Assembly: GCA_002011745.1 (NCBI GenBank)
Contig: MTOU01000009.1
Location: 71,447 to 135,446 of the forward strand
DNA length: 64,000 nt
Reading direction: 5' to 3'
From: Nitrospirae bacterium JdFR-85
GTDB taxonomy: Bacteria; Nitrospirota; Thermodesulfovibrionia; Thermodesulfovibrionales; JdFR-85
Each line of letters opens with the position of its first letter. Positions within the stretch are counted from its first letter, which is position 1. Under the pieces are notes generated by a model. That model had not been told where the DNA came from. It saw nothing but the letters and a program-made list of their open reading frames with translations, and made no database searches. Both the position numbers and the translations under genes were made by a program. Shown piece by piece: positions 21,641 to 30,649 of the stretch.

Positions 21641-22129
21641 ATGCTAATACATTTAGAAATGAAAAAAATCTTTTATATATTATTTTTTATCATTACTTTG
21701 AGCATACTGTTATGTAACCTCAAAGAAGCTCCTGCAGATAATGAGAACAATAAAAAAGGATTAAAAGTAACAGTACTTCTTTTCTCAGGCCGACCAGATC
21801 CTACCTTTTTACTGGAGGATGAAGACACACTAAATCAACTAAAAGATCTTCTTTCCAAAGCAAAGACAAATGAAAAATTTGAACAAGCTACTGTTATTCC
21901 TTCAATTCTTGGCTATAAGGGGATAGTAGTTGATAACCTCTATAGTGTAGCAGGTTTTCCATCCCGTTTTGCAATCTATAAAGGAAATATTGAAATAAAA
22001 GATGGAGAGACAAAATTTCTAATAGATGAAGAGAACAAGATAGAAGGACTCCTTTTAGATAGGGCCATCAGAAAAGGTGTTATAGATAAAAGAATTTTAA
22101 AACGGATGGAAAGAAGAGAATATAAATAG
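21641..22129 (+). CDS. Small secreted protein, function unknown
   Basis: AAGGAGG lies 7 nt before the ATG. It has an N-terminal hydrophobic signal/anchor, sits 26 nt downstream of the Cys-rich protein gene, and I recognise no family. Confidence 0.55.
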   Translation: MLIHLEMKKIFYILFFIITLSILLCNLKEAPADNENNKKGLKVTVLLFSGRPDPTFLLEDEDTLNQLKDLLSKAKTNEKFEQATVIPSILGYKGIVVDNLYSVAGFPSRFAIYKGNIEIKDGETKFLIDEENKIEGLLLDRAIRKGVIDKRILKRMERREYK

Positions 22130-22158
22130 AGATCGTCCCTTCTACCTCCCTAAAACAT

Positions 22159-22206
22159 AGGGTCTTTCTAAAAGGTCCAGGGTTTCTAAACTTTTAGAAA
22201 GACCCT
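22159..22206. repeat. Perfect 16-bp inverted repeat (hairpin with a 16-nt loop), possibly a terminator or protein-binding palindrome
   Basis: AGGGTCTTTCTAAAAG (22159-22174) is the exact reverse complement of CTTTTAGAAAGACCCT (22191-22206). The loop holds a partial third copy (GGGTTTCTAAA). No clear U-tract follows. Confidence 0.6.
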
Positions 22207-22219
22207 CCTTCAAATAAAG

Positions 22220-22249
22220 TTGACCTGGGATTAAAAAAAATAATAAAAT
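22220..22249 (+). promoter_or_regulatory. Sigma70-type promoter candidate for greA
   Basis: TTGACC (22220-22225), an 18-nt spacer, then TAAAAT (22244-22249). Confidence 0.4.
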
Positions 22250-22281
22250 TTTAGAAAATTGCAGTGAGGGAGGCTACTTAT

Positions 22282-22752
22282 ATGGAGCGGATACCGATAA
22301 CAAGAGAAGGGCTTGAAAAGCTGAAGAAAGAACTCGACCATCTCCTTAAGGTGGAAAGGCCTAAAAACATTAAGGAGATAGAAGAGGCGAGGGCCCATGG
22401 AGACCTGAGTGAAAATGCAGAATATGAAGCAGCAAAAGACAGACAGGCATTCATTGAATCAAAGATCCGGGAACTACAGGATAAGATCTCAAGGGCTCAG
22501 GTGATTGATACCCCTAAAGAGGGGATTAATAAGGTAGTCTTTGGTACCACAGTGAGAGTATATGAACTCAATTCTGATACAGAAAAAACCTTCAAGCTTG
22601 TGGGACCTGATGAGGCTGATGTAAGCAATGGAATGATATCTGTAACCTCTCCTGTTGGTAGAGCTCTTATTGGTAAACAGGTAGGAGACACTGTGGTTAT
22701 CAAGGCACCTGGCAGGACCATTGAATACGAGGTATTAGAGATCCGGTTTTGA
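22282..22752 (+). CDS. greA: Transcription elongation factor GreA
   Basis: The start moves to ATG 22282, with GAGGGAGG 8 nt upstream. MERIPITREGLEKLKKEL and GDLSENAEYEAAKD are present. The result is 156 aa, the family-typical length. Confidence 0.9.
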   Translation: MERIPITREGLEKLKKELDHLLKVERPKNIKEIEEARAHGDLSENAEYEAAKDRQAFIESKIRELQDKISRAQVIDTPKEGINKVVFGTTVRVYELNSDTEKTFKLVGPDEADVSNGMISVTSPVGRALIGKQVGDTVVIKAPGRTIEYEVLEIRF

Positions 22753-23510
22753 GTAGACACTTCAGGGCAGAGGTCCTCGCAAGGGAAAGTCTTACTCCCA
22801 GACATGTACTCCTCAGACTGAGACCTCTTGAAAATTCTCTTACTCCAGTGCCTGGACAGTTCTATCTACTACGAGTGTCACAAACTCTTGACCCCCTTCT
22901 CAGAAGGCCCTTTAGTATCTTTTCTTTTGAGAAAGAAGAAATCAGTTTCTTATTTATCCGGAAGGGCAGAGGCACAGAAATACTATCAAATCTAAGACCT
23001 TCAGACCAGATAGAGGTATTCGGTCCCTTGGGCAGAGGCTATCCCTTGCCTGAACAGGAAGCAACAGCTCTGGTCGTGGCTGGTGGAATGGGAATTGCCT
23101 CTCTGTTTCCATTACTTAAAGCTATCAGAAAAGATACTGTACTTATCTATGGAGCAAAGACAAAGAGCGATATACTTCTTAAAGAGCAATTGAATTCATT
23201 AGAATATGTGAAGACAATTATATGCACAGAGGATGGTACCGAAGGTATAAAGGCTACAGTTTTAGAACCTCTGGATGACTTACTCCAGAGGCATACTGAT
23301 AAAAATATAACTGTATATGCCTGTGGACCCGATGGAATGATTAATGCTGTAAAGAGAATGATTGACCATTACTCCTTAAAGGGGTTTTTCTCTCTGGAGG
23401 AGAGGATGGCTTGTGGTCTCGGAGCATGCCTTGGATGCGTAAGAAAAACTCAAAAAGGGATGAAAAGGGTCTGTAGAGAGGGTCCTGTCTTCAGTGGTGA
23501 AGAACTATGA
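22749..23510 (+). CDS. pyrK: Dihydroorotate dehydrogenase electron-transfer subunit PyrK
   Basis: RPFSI FAD-binding motif and a C-terminal 2Fe-2S Cys cluster (CGLGACLGC...C). It is coupled to pyrD. Confidence 0.85.
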   Translation: MSRHFRAEVLARESLTPRHVLLRLRPLENSLTPVPGQFYLLRVSQTLDPLLRRPFSIFSFEKEEISFLFIRKGRGTEILSNLRPSDQIEVFGPLGRGYPLPEQEATALVVAGGMGIASLFPLLKAIRKDTVLIYGAKTKSDILLKEQLNSLEYVKTIICTEDGTEGIKATVLEPLDDLLQRHTDKNITVYACGPDGMINAVKRMIDHYSLKGFFSLEERMACGLGACLGCVRKTQKGMKRVCREGPVFSGEEL

Positions 23511-24415
23511 ATTTGAGTGTTCGTATATCCAGTATGAAAATGAAGAATCCTGTGATGACAGCCTCGGGCACTTTCGGATACGGAGAGGAGTATTCAGAAT
23601 TTGTTGATCTTAACAGTCTTGGTGCAGTGGTTGTTAAGGGGATATCTCTTAAACCGCGTGAGGGGAATCCTCCACCAAGAATATGGGAAACTCCCTGTGG
23701 TATGCTCAATTCAATAGGTCTGCAAAATGTGGGACTTGAAGAGTTTCTAAAATTCAAACTCCCTTTTCTAAGACAGTTTGACACAAATGTGGTAGTCAAT
23801 ATACTTGGAGAAACCTTAGAGGAGTATGTCCAGCTCTGCGAGGCTCTTGATAAAGTGGTAGAGGCGATTGAACTTAACCTGTCCTGCCCTAATGTAAAAA
23901 AAGGAGGAATACTTTTCTCAGAAGACCCTGAAATCTTCAAGAAAGTGATAGAGGAATCGAGAAAAAAGATAAAACATTCGGTAATGATAGTAAAACTATC
24001 ACCAATGTCTGATGTAAAGAAGTTTGCCAAGATCGCTGAACAGGAGGGTGTGGATGCGCTCTCTCTTATAAATACTATCCCGGCTATGGCAATAGATATC
24101 CATACCAGAAGGCCAAGGCTATCAAATCTTGTTGGAGGACTATCAGGTCCTGCTATAAGACCTGTAGGGGTGAAGATGGTATGGGATGTCTTCAGCACAG
24201 TGGGTATCCCTGTGATCGGGATGGGTGGCATAATCACAGGTGAGGACGCAATTGAGTATATCCTTGCAGGTGCAACCGCCATTGCAGTAGGCACTGCAAA
24301 TTTTGTATATCCTGATGCGACCATAAGGATACTTAATGGAATTGAAAAGTATATGAGACTTTACAATATAGAGGACATTAATTCTCTTGTGGGAGGACTC
24401 ATATGGGAAGGATAA
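23507..24415 (+). CDS. pyrD: Dihydroorotate dehydrogenase (class 1B) catalytic subunit PyrD
   Basis: NPVMTASGTFGYG, ELNLSCPNVKKGG, GGLSGPAIRP and GMGGI. Confidence 0.9.
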   Translation: MNLSVRISSMKMKNPVMTASGTFGYGEEYSEFVDLNSLGAVVVKGISLKPREGNPPPRIWETPCGMLNSIGLQNVGLEEFLKFKLPFLRQFDTNVVVNILGETLEEYVQLCEALDKVVEAIELNLSCPNVKKGGILFSEDPEIFKKVIEESRKKIKHSVMIVKLSPMSDVKKFAKIAEQEGVDALSLINTIPAMAIDIHTRRPRLSNLVGGLSGPAIRPVGVKMVWDVFSTVGIPVIGMGGIITGEDAIEYILAGATAIAVGTANFVYPDATIRILNGIEKYMRLYNIEDINSLVGGLIWEG

Positions 24416-25200
24416 TCACTCTAACCACAGATTTTGGCACAAAAGACCCCTTTGTAGGACAGATGAAGGGTGTAATAAAAAGTATAAACCCCAATGTGGA
24501 TGTTGTTGATATTACACATGAGATTACACCCCACAGCATAAAGGAAGCCGCAATTGTTATTGGTCTCAGTTATTCATATTTTCCTCCAAGAAGCATCCAT
24601 GTGGTGGTGGTTGACCCTGGTGTGGGTTCAGAACGGAAACCCATACTCGTGGTTACAGAAAATCACTATTTTATAGGACCTGACAATGGTGTCTTCTCCT
24701 TGATATATCAGAAAGAGGGAGCATTCCTACAGGTAATACATATAACAGCAGACCATTACTTCATTAGAAAAGATACATCCACCTTTCATGGTAGAGATAT
24801 CTTTTCACCTGTTGCAGCATGGCTATCAAGAGGGATACCTGTAAACAACTTTGGTGAAGAAACAGATGAATTTATGAGGATACCCATCCCAGCCCCCACA
24901 AGACCTACAAAATCAACAATCGAGGGAGAGATTATTTATATTGACAGGTTTGGCAATGCTATTACGAATATCACCTCTAATATGCTTTTACCTTATATTA
25001 AAGACAACAAAAAACTAAAAGTTATATTTAAGGGCAAAGAAGTTCCCCTCAAAACCTACTATGCTGAGGCAGAAGACAAGGAACTGTACTGCCTGCTGAA
25101 TAGCTTTGACCTCTTGGAACTGTATGTTTACAGAGGGAATGCTGCTAAGGAATTTAACATCAGAATAGGAGATATTATCGGAATAATAATCAGCCAATAA
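24403..25200 (+). CDS. SAM hydroxide adenosyltransferase / SAM hydrolase family (DUF62)
   Basis: The N-terminal motif ITLTTDFGTKDPFVGQMKGV, then VVDPGVGS and FHGRDIF. Confidence 0.8.
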   Translation: MGRIITLTTDFGTKDPFVGQMKGVIKSINPNVDVVDITHEITPHSIKEAAIVIGLSYSYFPPRSIHVVVVDPGVGSERKPILVVTENHYFIGPDNGVFSLIYQKEGAFLQVIHITADHYFIRKDTSTFHGRDIFSPVAAWLSRGIPVNNFGEETDEFMRIPIPAPTRPTKSTIEGEIIYIDRFGNAITNITSNMLLPYIKDNKKLKVIFKGKEVPLKTYYAEAEDKELYCLLNSFDLLELYVYRGNAAKEFNIRIGDIIGIIISQ

Positions 25201-26425
25201 TCTCTTTTTTAATAGGCCCGAGTGCAACAATAGCAAATCTCTTATGTCCAAATAACCTGTCTGCAAGTGTTCTGACTTCACCAATAGATACTCTCTCAAT
25301 AGACTGAATAATCTCCTGCGGAGAGTAATACCTTCCGTAATATATCTCCTGTCTCGCAATATTCGACATTCTGCCTGATGATGACTCAAGTGAAAGAAGT
25401 AGATTCCCTTTCAACTGTTTTTTAGCCCTCTCAAGTTCATCATCTTTAACAGTATCTCTGAAACTGAGCAACTGCTCTTTAATACACTCCAATGCTTCCC
25501 CAACCTTCTCTGGGGATGTTCCCACATATACTCCAAAAGTACCTGAATCATGATAGGATGTAGCAAAAGAGAAGACCGAATATGCCAGTGCCTTCTCTTC
25601 TCTGATCTTCTGAAATAGTCTTGAGCTCACCCCTGAACCTATTATTGTATTTAAAAGAAGCATGGCATATCTATAAGGACTACCCTGACCAATACCTTCA
25701 ACTCCTACACAGAGATGAACCTCTGCAAGGTCCTTCTCTACAGCCCTGAGTGTATAATTGAATCTCTGTCTCTGAAAATTAACTCCTGAGGCCCCCTCAT
25801 TAATACGGCTTAAGGGCTCTTCAAGGAGCTGTTTTAAATATTCTGCATCTACTCTTCCTGAGCAGGAGATCACGATTCTGTCGGGCTTATAATGTCTCTT
25901 TATATATCCTATTAATTCATCTCTCGTAAAGGAACTCACTGTCTCTGGCTTGCCAAGGATATTCTGGCCAAGCCCACTGCCTCCCCAGACGGTCTCACTA
26001 AACAAATCATGAATAAACTCATCAGGAGTATCCTCTGACATCTTGATCTCCTCCAAGATCACCCTCTTTTCTTTTTCTATCTCCTCTTCCGGAAGTACAG
26101 AATTCACAAATATATCACTTAATAATTCAACCCCCTTCTGGAGGTATTCATCAATCACTTTAACATAGTATGTTGTGGTCTCTTTGGATGTAAAGGCATT
26201 TAGGTCGCCTCCGAGAGAGTCAATCTCATAAGCTATCTCTTTCTGGGTACGGGTGGTGGTTCCTTTGAAAAACATATGCTCAAGGAAATGGGATATTCCA
26301 CTAAGATGAGAAGGCTCGTATCTGGAGCCTGTCTTTACCCATATACCAAGACAGACTGAACGGAGTGTGTCGATCTCTTCTACTACTACAGGTATATTAT
26401 TGGTTAAAAAAAGCTTCTTAAACAG
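25190..26425 (-). CDS. M16 (pitrilysin-family) zinc peptidase, extended 5' beyond the first ATG
   Basis: The listed ORF starts at the Met of HFLEHM, inside the HxxEH zinc motif. The same frame is open upstream (LFKKLFLTNNIPVVVEEIDTLRSVCLGIWVKTGSRYEPSHLSGISHFLEHM) as far as a TGA, with no ATG, GTG or TTG. The only plausible start is CTG at 26425..26423, preceded by AAGGTGAGG. Confidence 0.75.
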   Translation of the reverse strand: MFKKLFLTNNIPVVVEEIDTLRSVCLGIWVKTGSRYEPSHLSGISHFLEHMFFKGTTTRTQKEIAYEIDSLGGDLNAFTSKETTTYYVKVIDEYLQKGVELLSDIFVNSVLPEEEIEKEKRVILEEIKMSEDTPDEFIHDLFSETVWGGSGLGQNILGKPETVSSFTRDELIGYIKRHYKPDRIVISCSGRVDAEYLKQLLEEPLSRINEGASGVNFQRQRFNYTLRAVEKDLAEVHLCVGVEGIGQGSPYRYAMLLLNTIIGSGVSSRLFQKIREEKALAYSVFSFATSYHDSGTFGVYVGTSPEKVGEALECIKEQLLSFRDTVKDDELERAKKQLKGNLLLSLESSSGRMSNIARQEIYYGRYYSPQEIIQSIERVSIGEVRTLADRLFGHKRFAIVALGPIKKEIIG

Positions 26426-26426
26426 A

Positions 26427-28562
26427 CTACCTCACCTTTGTCCTGGGATGTTCTCTCAAGGCCTCTTTTCTGCTAAGGCGGGGCCTGCCCATCTCATCAA
26501 GGTCTATTACCTTCACAAGAACATCTTCTCCCACTTTTAAGACATCAGATACCTTATGTACCCTCCTGTCAGAAATCTGGGATATATGAAGGAGTCCTTC
26601 TACTCCAGGTTGAATCTCTACAAAGGCACCAAAATCTACTATCCTCTTCACCTTGCCAAGGTAGATCTGTCCTACCTCAATCTCTCTCGTGATCCCTTCA
26701 ATGATCTCTCTCGCCTTTTGTGCAGAAACCTCATCATGTGAAATTATGTTTATAATTCCTGAATCATCAATGTCTATCTTAACACCTGTCTGGTCAATTA
26801 TACTCCTTATTACCTTCCCACCCACCCCAATAACATCCCTAATCTTCTCCGGTTTTATCTGCATGGTAAAAATTCTCGGTGCAAAAGGGGAGAGCTCTTT
26901 TCTTGGAGTAGCAATGGTCTGTTTCATCTTCTCCAGTATAAAAAGCCTTGCCTGTCTTGCCTGCTCTAAAGCCTTCTGCATCACTTCTCTGGTGATACCA
27001 GCTATCTTTACATCCATCTGAAAGGCTGTTACACCCTTTGTGGTCCCTGTAACCTTAAAATCCATATCACCAAGGTGATCCTCCATCCCCAGAATATCAG
27101 TAAGCACCACTGTCTTGTCTCCTTCCTTTATCAACCCCATTGCCACGCCAGCCACATGAGTATCAATAGGAACTCCAGCATCCATCAGTGCAAGTGAGGC
27201 CCCACAAACTGTTGCCATGGATGAAGAACCATTGGATTCTAAAATATCTGAAACTACCCTTATGGTGTATGGAAACCTCTCCTTAGAAGGTATAACAGGA
27301 AGCAGAGCCCTTTCTGCCAGCGCACCATGACCTATCTCTCTTCTGCCAGGAGCCCCAAGCCGCTTAACTTCTCCTACACTGAAGGGAGGAAAATTATAAT
27401 GAAGCATAAAGGTCTTATAAGATTCTCCCTCTAAGGAATCAATCTTCTGCTCATCCTCGGATGTACCAAGAGTGGCTGCTACAAGTGCCTGAGTCTCACC
27501 CCTCACAAAGAGTGCTGAACCATGAACCCTGGGCAAAAAGCCTATTTTACAATGTATTGGTCTTACCTCATCAGGCCTTCTACCATCCACCCTTATACTT
27601 TCTTCAAGAATCATCCTCCTCATACTCTCTTTCTCAATCTCCTCAAAAACCTCTTTCACCTGTCTCTGCAGACTCTCATCCTCTGGGGCAATCGCTTCAA
27701 GTGTCTCTTTTAACAGATCATCGAGTGCCTTCTGTCTCTGAAGTTTACCTGAAACCATAAAGGCCTGCCTGAGTCTGTCCCCCAAAAACTCTTTCACCTT
27801 TTCCTTCAATTCCAGATCAATCTCTGGCTGTACAAAATTCCTCTTTTCCTTGCCACAACATTCTCTTAATTGACGCTGGATCTGATTGATTTTCTTTATC
27901 TCTTCATGGGCAAACTCTATTGCCTGTATAACAGTCTCCTCAGATACCTCCTTTGCTCCGCCCTCAACCATTACAACAGCATCATCAGTTCCAGCCACTA
28001 CAAAGTTCAGTTCTGTAGTCTCAGACTCTTCCACATCAGGCATGGCAACAAGTTTGCCATCTATAAGCCCTACCCTGATAGCAGATACAGGACCTTCAAA
28101 AGGAATATCAGAGAGCATCAATGCAGTGGACATGCCAATTATTCCGAGTATATCTGCTGCATTCTCGTCTCCATAGGAAAGAACAGAGATAATACCTTGA
28201 GTCTCATATCTGTACCCTTTTGGAAAGAGGGGCCTGATAGGCCTGTCAATAAGACGCGAAATAAGGATCTCCCGTTCAGAAGGTTTACCCTCTCTCTTTA
28301 TAAACCCACCTGGAATCTTCCCTGCAGAATATGCCTTTTCCTGGTAGTCTATGGTGAGAGGGAAAAAATCTATCTCTTCTCTCTCTTGTTCTTCTGAAAC
28401 GGCAGTGGCAAGTACAATAGTATCTCCATATCTTACAACTGCTGAACCATCTGCCTGCTTTGCCAGTTCTCCTGTCTCAATTATGAGTCTCTTTCCTCTT
28501 ACCTCGGTCTCTACAAAGTGATATTGCACACCCGTGGACCGATCACTTTCTAAGCTATCCAT
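26427..28562 (-). CDS. pnp: Polyribonucleotide nucleotidyltransferase (PNPase)
   Basis: 711 aa with two RNase PH domains (GRREIGHGALAERAL) plus KH and S1 domains. It lies downstream of rpsO. Confidence 0.95.
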   Translation of the reverse strand: MDSLESDRSTGVQYHFVETEVRGKRLIIETGELAKQADGSAVVRYGDTIVLATAVSEEQEREEIDFFPLTIDYQEKAYSAGKIPGGFIKREGKPSEREILISRLIDRPIRPLFPKGYRYETQGIISVLSYGDENAADILGIIGMSTALMLSDIPFEGPVSAIRVGLIDGKLVAMPDVEESETTELNFVVAGTDDAVVMVEGGAKEVSEETVIQAIEFAHEEIKKINQIQRQLRECCGKEKRNFVQPEIDLELKEKVKEFLGDRLRQAFMVSGKLQRQKALDDLLKETLEAIAPEDESLQRQVKEVFEEIEKESMRRMILEESIRVDGRRPDEVRPIHCKIGFLPRVHGSALFVRGETQALVAATLGTSEDEQKIDSLEGESYKTFMLHYNFPPFSVGEVKRLGAPGRREIGHGALAERALLPVIPSKERFPYTIRVVSDILESNGSSSMATVCGASLALMDAGVPIDTHVAGVAMGLIKEGDKTVVLTDILGMEDHLGDMDFKVTGTTKGVTAFQMDVKIAGITREVMQKALEQARQARLFILEKMKQTIATPRKELSPFAPRIFTMQIKPEKIRDVIGVGGKVIRSIIDQTGVKIDIDDSGIINIISHDEVSAQKAREIIEGITREIEVGQIYLGKVKRIVDFGAFVEIQPGVEGLLHISQISDRRVHKVSDVLKVGEDVLVKVIDLDEMGRPRLSRKEALREHPRTKVR

Positions 28563-28584
28563 ACTAACACCTCTTCTTTCTTAA

Positions 28585-28854
28585 TTACTTTCTTAGTCCC
28601 AGCCGCTCAATAAGCCTTTCATATCTCTGAAAATCTGTCCTTTTGAGATAATTTAAAAGCTTCTTCCTCTGTGCGACCATCTTCAATAGCCCCCTCCTTG
28701 AATGATGGTCTTTTTTATGCACCTTGAAATGTTCAGTGAGCTGATTGATCCTTTCAGTAAGAATAGCCACCTGAACCTCAGGTGAACCAGTATCATTTTC
28801 ATGAGTTTTGAATTCATTGATAATCTGCTGTTTCCTCTCCTTTGAAAGTGCCAC
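28585..28854 (-). CDS. rpsO: 30S ribosomal protein S15
   Basis: The start moves to the second GTG (28854), with AAAGGAG 8 nt upstream. This gives the canonical 89 aa beginning (M)[14 protein letters not shown]. Confidence 0.9.
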   Translation of the reverse strand: MALSKERKQQIINEFKTHENDTGSPEVQVAILTERINQLTEHFKVHKKDHHSRRGLLKMVAQRKKLLNYLKRTDFQRYERLIERLGLRK

Positions 28855-29000
28855 CTTTCCCACTCCTTTCTTTAGATTTTTACCCAGATTTTAGATAAAG
28901 CATCTGGGCATCCAGAGAACACTTATTATATTATTTTTAAGATAAAAAATCATAACATAGTCATCTAATTTCTGTAAACAGGATTATTATGGGTTGTTTT

Positions 29001-29009
29001 TGATATAAT
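29001..29009 (+). promoter_or_regulatory. Extended -10 promoter candidate (TGaTATAAT)
   Basis: TGATATAAT at 29001-29009 with a weak -35. The implied transcription start (TSS) near 29016 lies downstream of the ORF-track TTG at 29012, which favours the ATG at 29039. Confidence 0.35.
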
Positions 29010-29038
29010 GTTTGGATATTAAACTTACGGGGCAGAGA

Positions 29039-29992
29039 ATGAAGATTCTTGTAACAGGTGGGGCAGGATTCATAGGCTCCCATGTGGTTGATGGTTATAT
29101 TAAAGAAGGACATGATGTCGTTGTGGTTGACAACCTCTGTACCGGAAAACTGTCCAACCTCAATCCCAAAGCAAGGTTTTATCTGATGGATATCCGGTCC
29201 GAAGACTTAAGAAAGGTCTTTGAGATTGAAAAACCGGATATTGTGAATCATCATGCAGCACAGATATCTGTACCAGATTCTGTCAGGAACCCCTCTCTTG
29301 ATGCTGATATAAATATTATGGGATTGCTGAATATCCTGGACAACTCTGTAAGATTTCATGTAAAGAAATTCATCTTCATCTCCACAGGTGGTGCTGTATA
29401 CGGTGAAACAGAAGATATCCCCACCCCTGAAAGTACCTTGCCTCAACCAATGTCACCTTATGCTATAACAAAGCTCTGTTCAGAACACTATATCCGCTTT
29501 TATAATCACCATTATGGACTTGACTACACAATTCTTAGATACGCTAATATTTATGGCGCAAGACAGATACCACATGCAGAAGCAGGTGTAGTATCAATAT
29601 TTATCAATACTCTGAAAGAGGGAAAGGTACCAGTAATATACCACTATCCTGAGGAGCCAGATGGTATGACCAGAGACTACTGTTATGTTTCGGATGTGGT
29701 GAAGGCAAACCAACTGGTACTTACGCGTGGGTCTTCTGAGATAATAAACATAGGCACCTCTGTAGAGACCACTACCGGAGAGCTTTACAGAATGATACTG
29801 AATATAATGAGAGAACATGGTTATGCAAAGGAGGCTATATTTGATACCCCGGAAAAAGGGCCTGCGAGGCCTGGAGATCTCCGCAGAAGCGCACTTTCCA
29901 TAGAGAAAGCAAAATCCTTGCTCGGCTGGACACCAGAGTATGATCTCTACAGAGGACTCAGAGAGACCGTAAAGGCAGAACTACAAGGATGA
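29039..29992 (+). CDS. NAD-dependent epimerase/dehydratase (UDP-sugar 4-epimerase-like SDR)
   Basis: MKILVTGGAGFIGSH Rossmann motif and the catalytic YxxxK (SPYAITK). Confidence 0.85.
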   Translation: MKILVTGGAGFIGSHVVDGYIKEGHDVVVVDNLCTGKLSNLNPKARFYLMDIRSEDLRKVFEIEKPDIVNHHAAQISVPDSVRNPSLDADINIMGLLNILDNSVRFHVKKFIFISTGGAVYGETEDIPTPESTLPQPMSPYAITKLCSEHYIRFYNHHYGLDYTILRYANIYGARQIPHAEAGVVSIFINTLKEGKVPVIYHYPEEPDGMTRDYCYVSDVVKANQLVLTRGSSEIINIGTSVETTTGELYRMILNIMREHGYAKEAIFDTPEKGPARPGDLRRSALSIEKAKSLLGWTPEYDLYRGLRETVKAELQG

Positions 29993-30624
29993 TAGACCTT
30001 CATACACATAGTATCTTCAGTGATGGAGAGCTGATTCCTGCCGAGTTAGTAAGAAGGGCCTATATAAAAGGCTACAGGGCCATTGCCATCACTGATCATA
30101 TGGATACTTCCAACATGGAGCTAATAATACCAAAAGTGGTATCAATAGCTGAGGAACTCAATAGATTCCAAAGAATCAAAGTTATTCCTGGTGCTGAATT
30201 GACCCATCTGCCTCCGGAGTTGATACCTGAGAAGATCGCTGAAGCAAGAAGACTTGGGGCAGAACTGGTGCTGGTTCATGGAGAGACTCTTGTAGAGCCT
30301 GTTGAGAAAGGCACAAACAGAGCAGCAATAGAGGCAGGTGCAGATATACTGGCCCATCCAGGACTTATCACAGAAGAAGATGTAAGGTTAGCTGCTGAAA
30401 AGGGAGTTGCTCTGGAGATAACTTCCAGAAAGGGACACTGTCTTGCCAATGGCCATGTGGCAAGACTTGCTATAAAGTTTGGTGCTCCATTAGTGATAAA
30501 CACAGATGCTCACAGTCCTTCAGACCTCATAGACAGAGAATTTGCTCTCAAGGTGTTACTTGCAGCAGGACTTGACGGAAAACAGGCAGAAACAGTCTTT
30601 TTGACTGCAGAAAAGTTCATATAA
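29989..30624 (+). CDS. PHP-domain phosphoesterase (histidinol-phosphatase-like)
   Basis: DLHTHSIFSDG N-terminal motif, AITDH and NTDAH metal-binding motifs. Confidence 0.75.
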   Translation: MIDLHTHSIFSDGELIPAELVRRAYIKGYRAIAITDHMDTSNMELIIPKVVSIAEELNRFQRIKVIPGAELTHLPPELIPEKIAEARRLGAELVLVHGETLVEPVEKGTNRAAIEAGADILAHPGLITEEDVRLAAEKGVALEITSRKGHCLANGHVARLAIKFGAPLVINTDAHSPSDLIDREFALKVLLAAGLDGKQAETVFLTAEKFI

Positions 30625-30649
30625 AAGTCACAGAGCAGGAGGAGGAATT

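Noticed and set aside
23491-24324. A long 277-aa ORF antisense to pyrD
   Set aside because: It lies entirely opposite a strongly conserved pyrD frame. Its translation is Ser/Pro/Ile-rich low-complexity sequence with no motif and no SD. This is the typical shadow ORF of a gene with biased codon usage.
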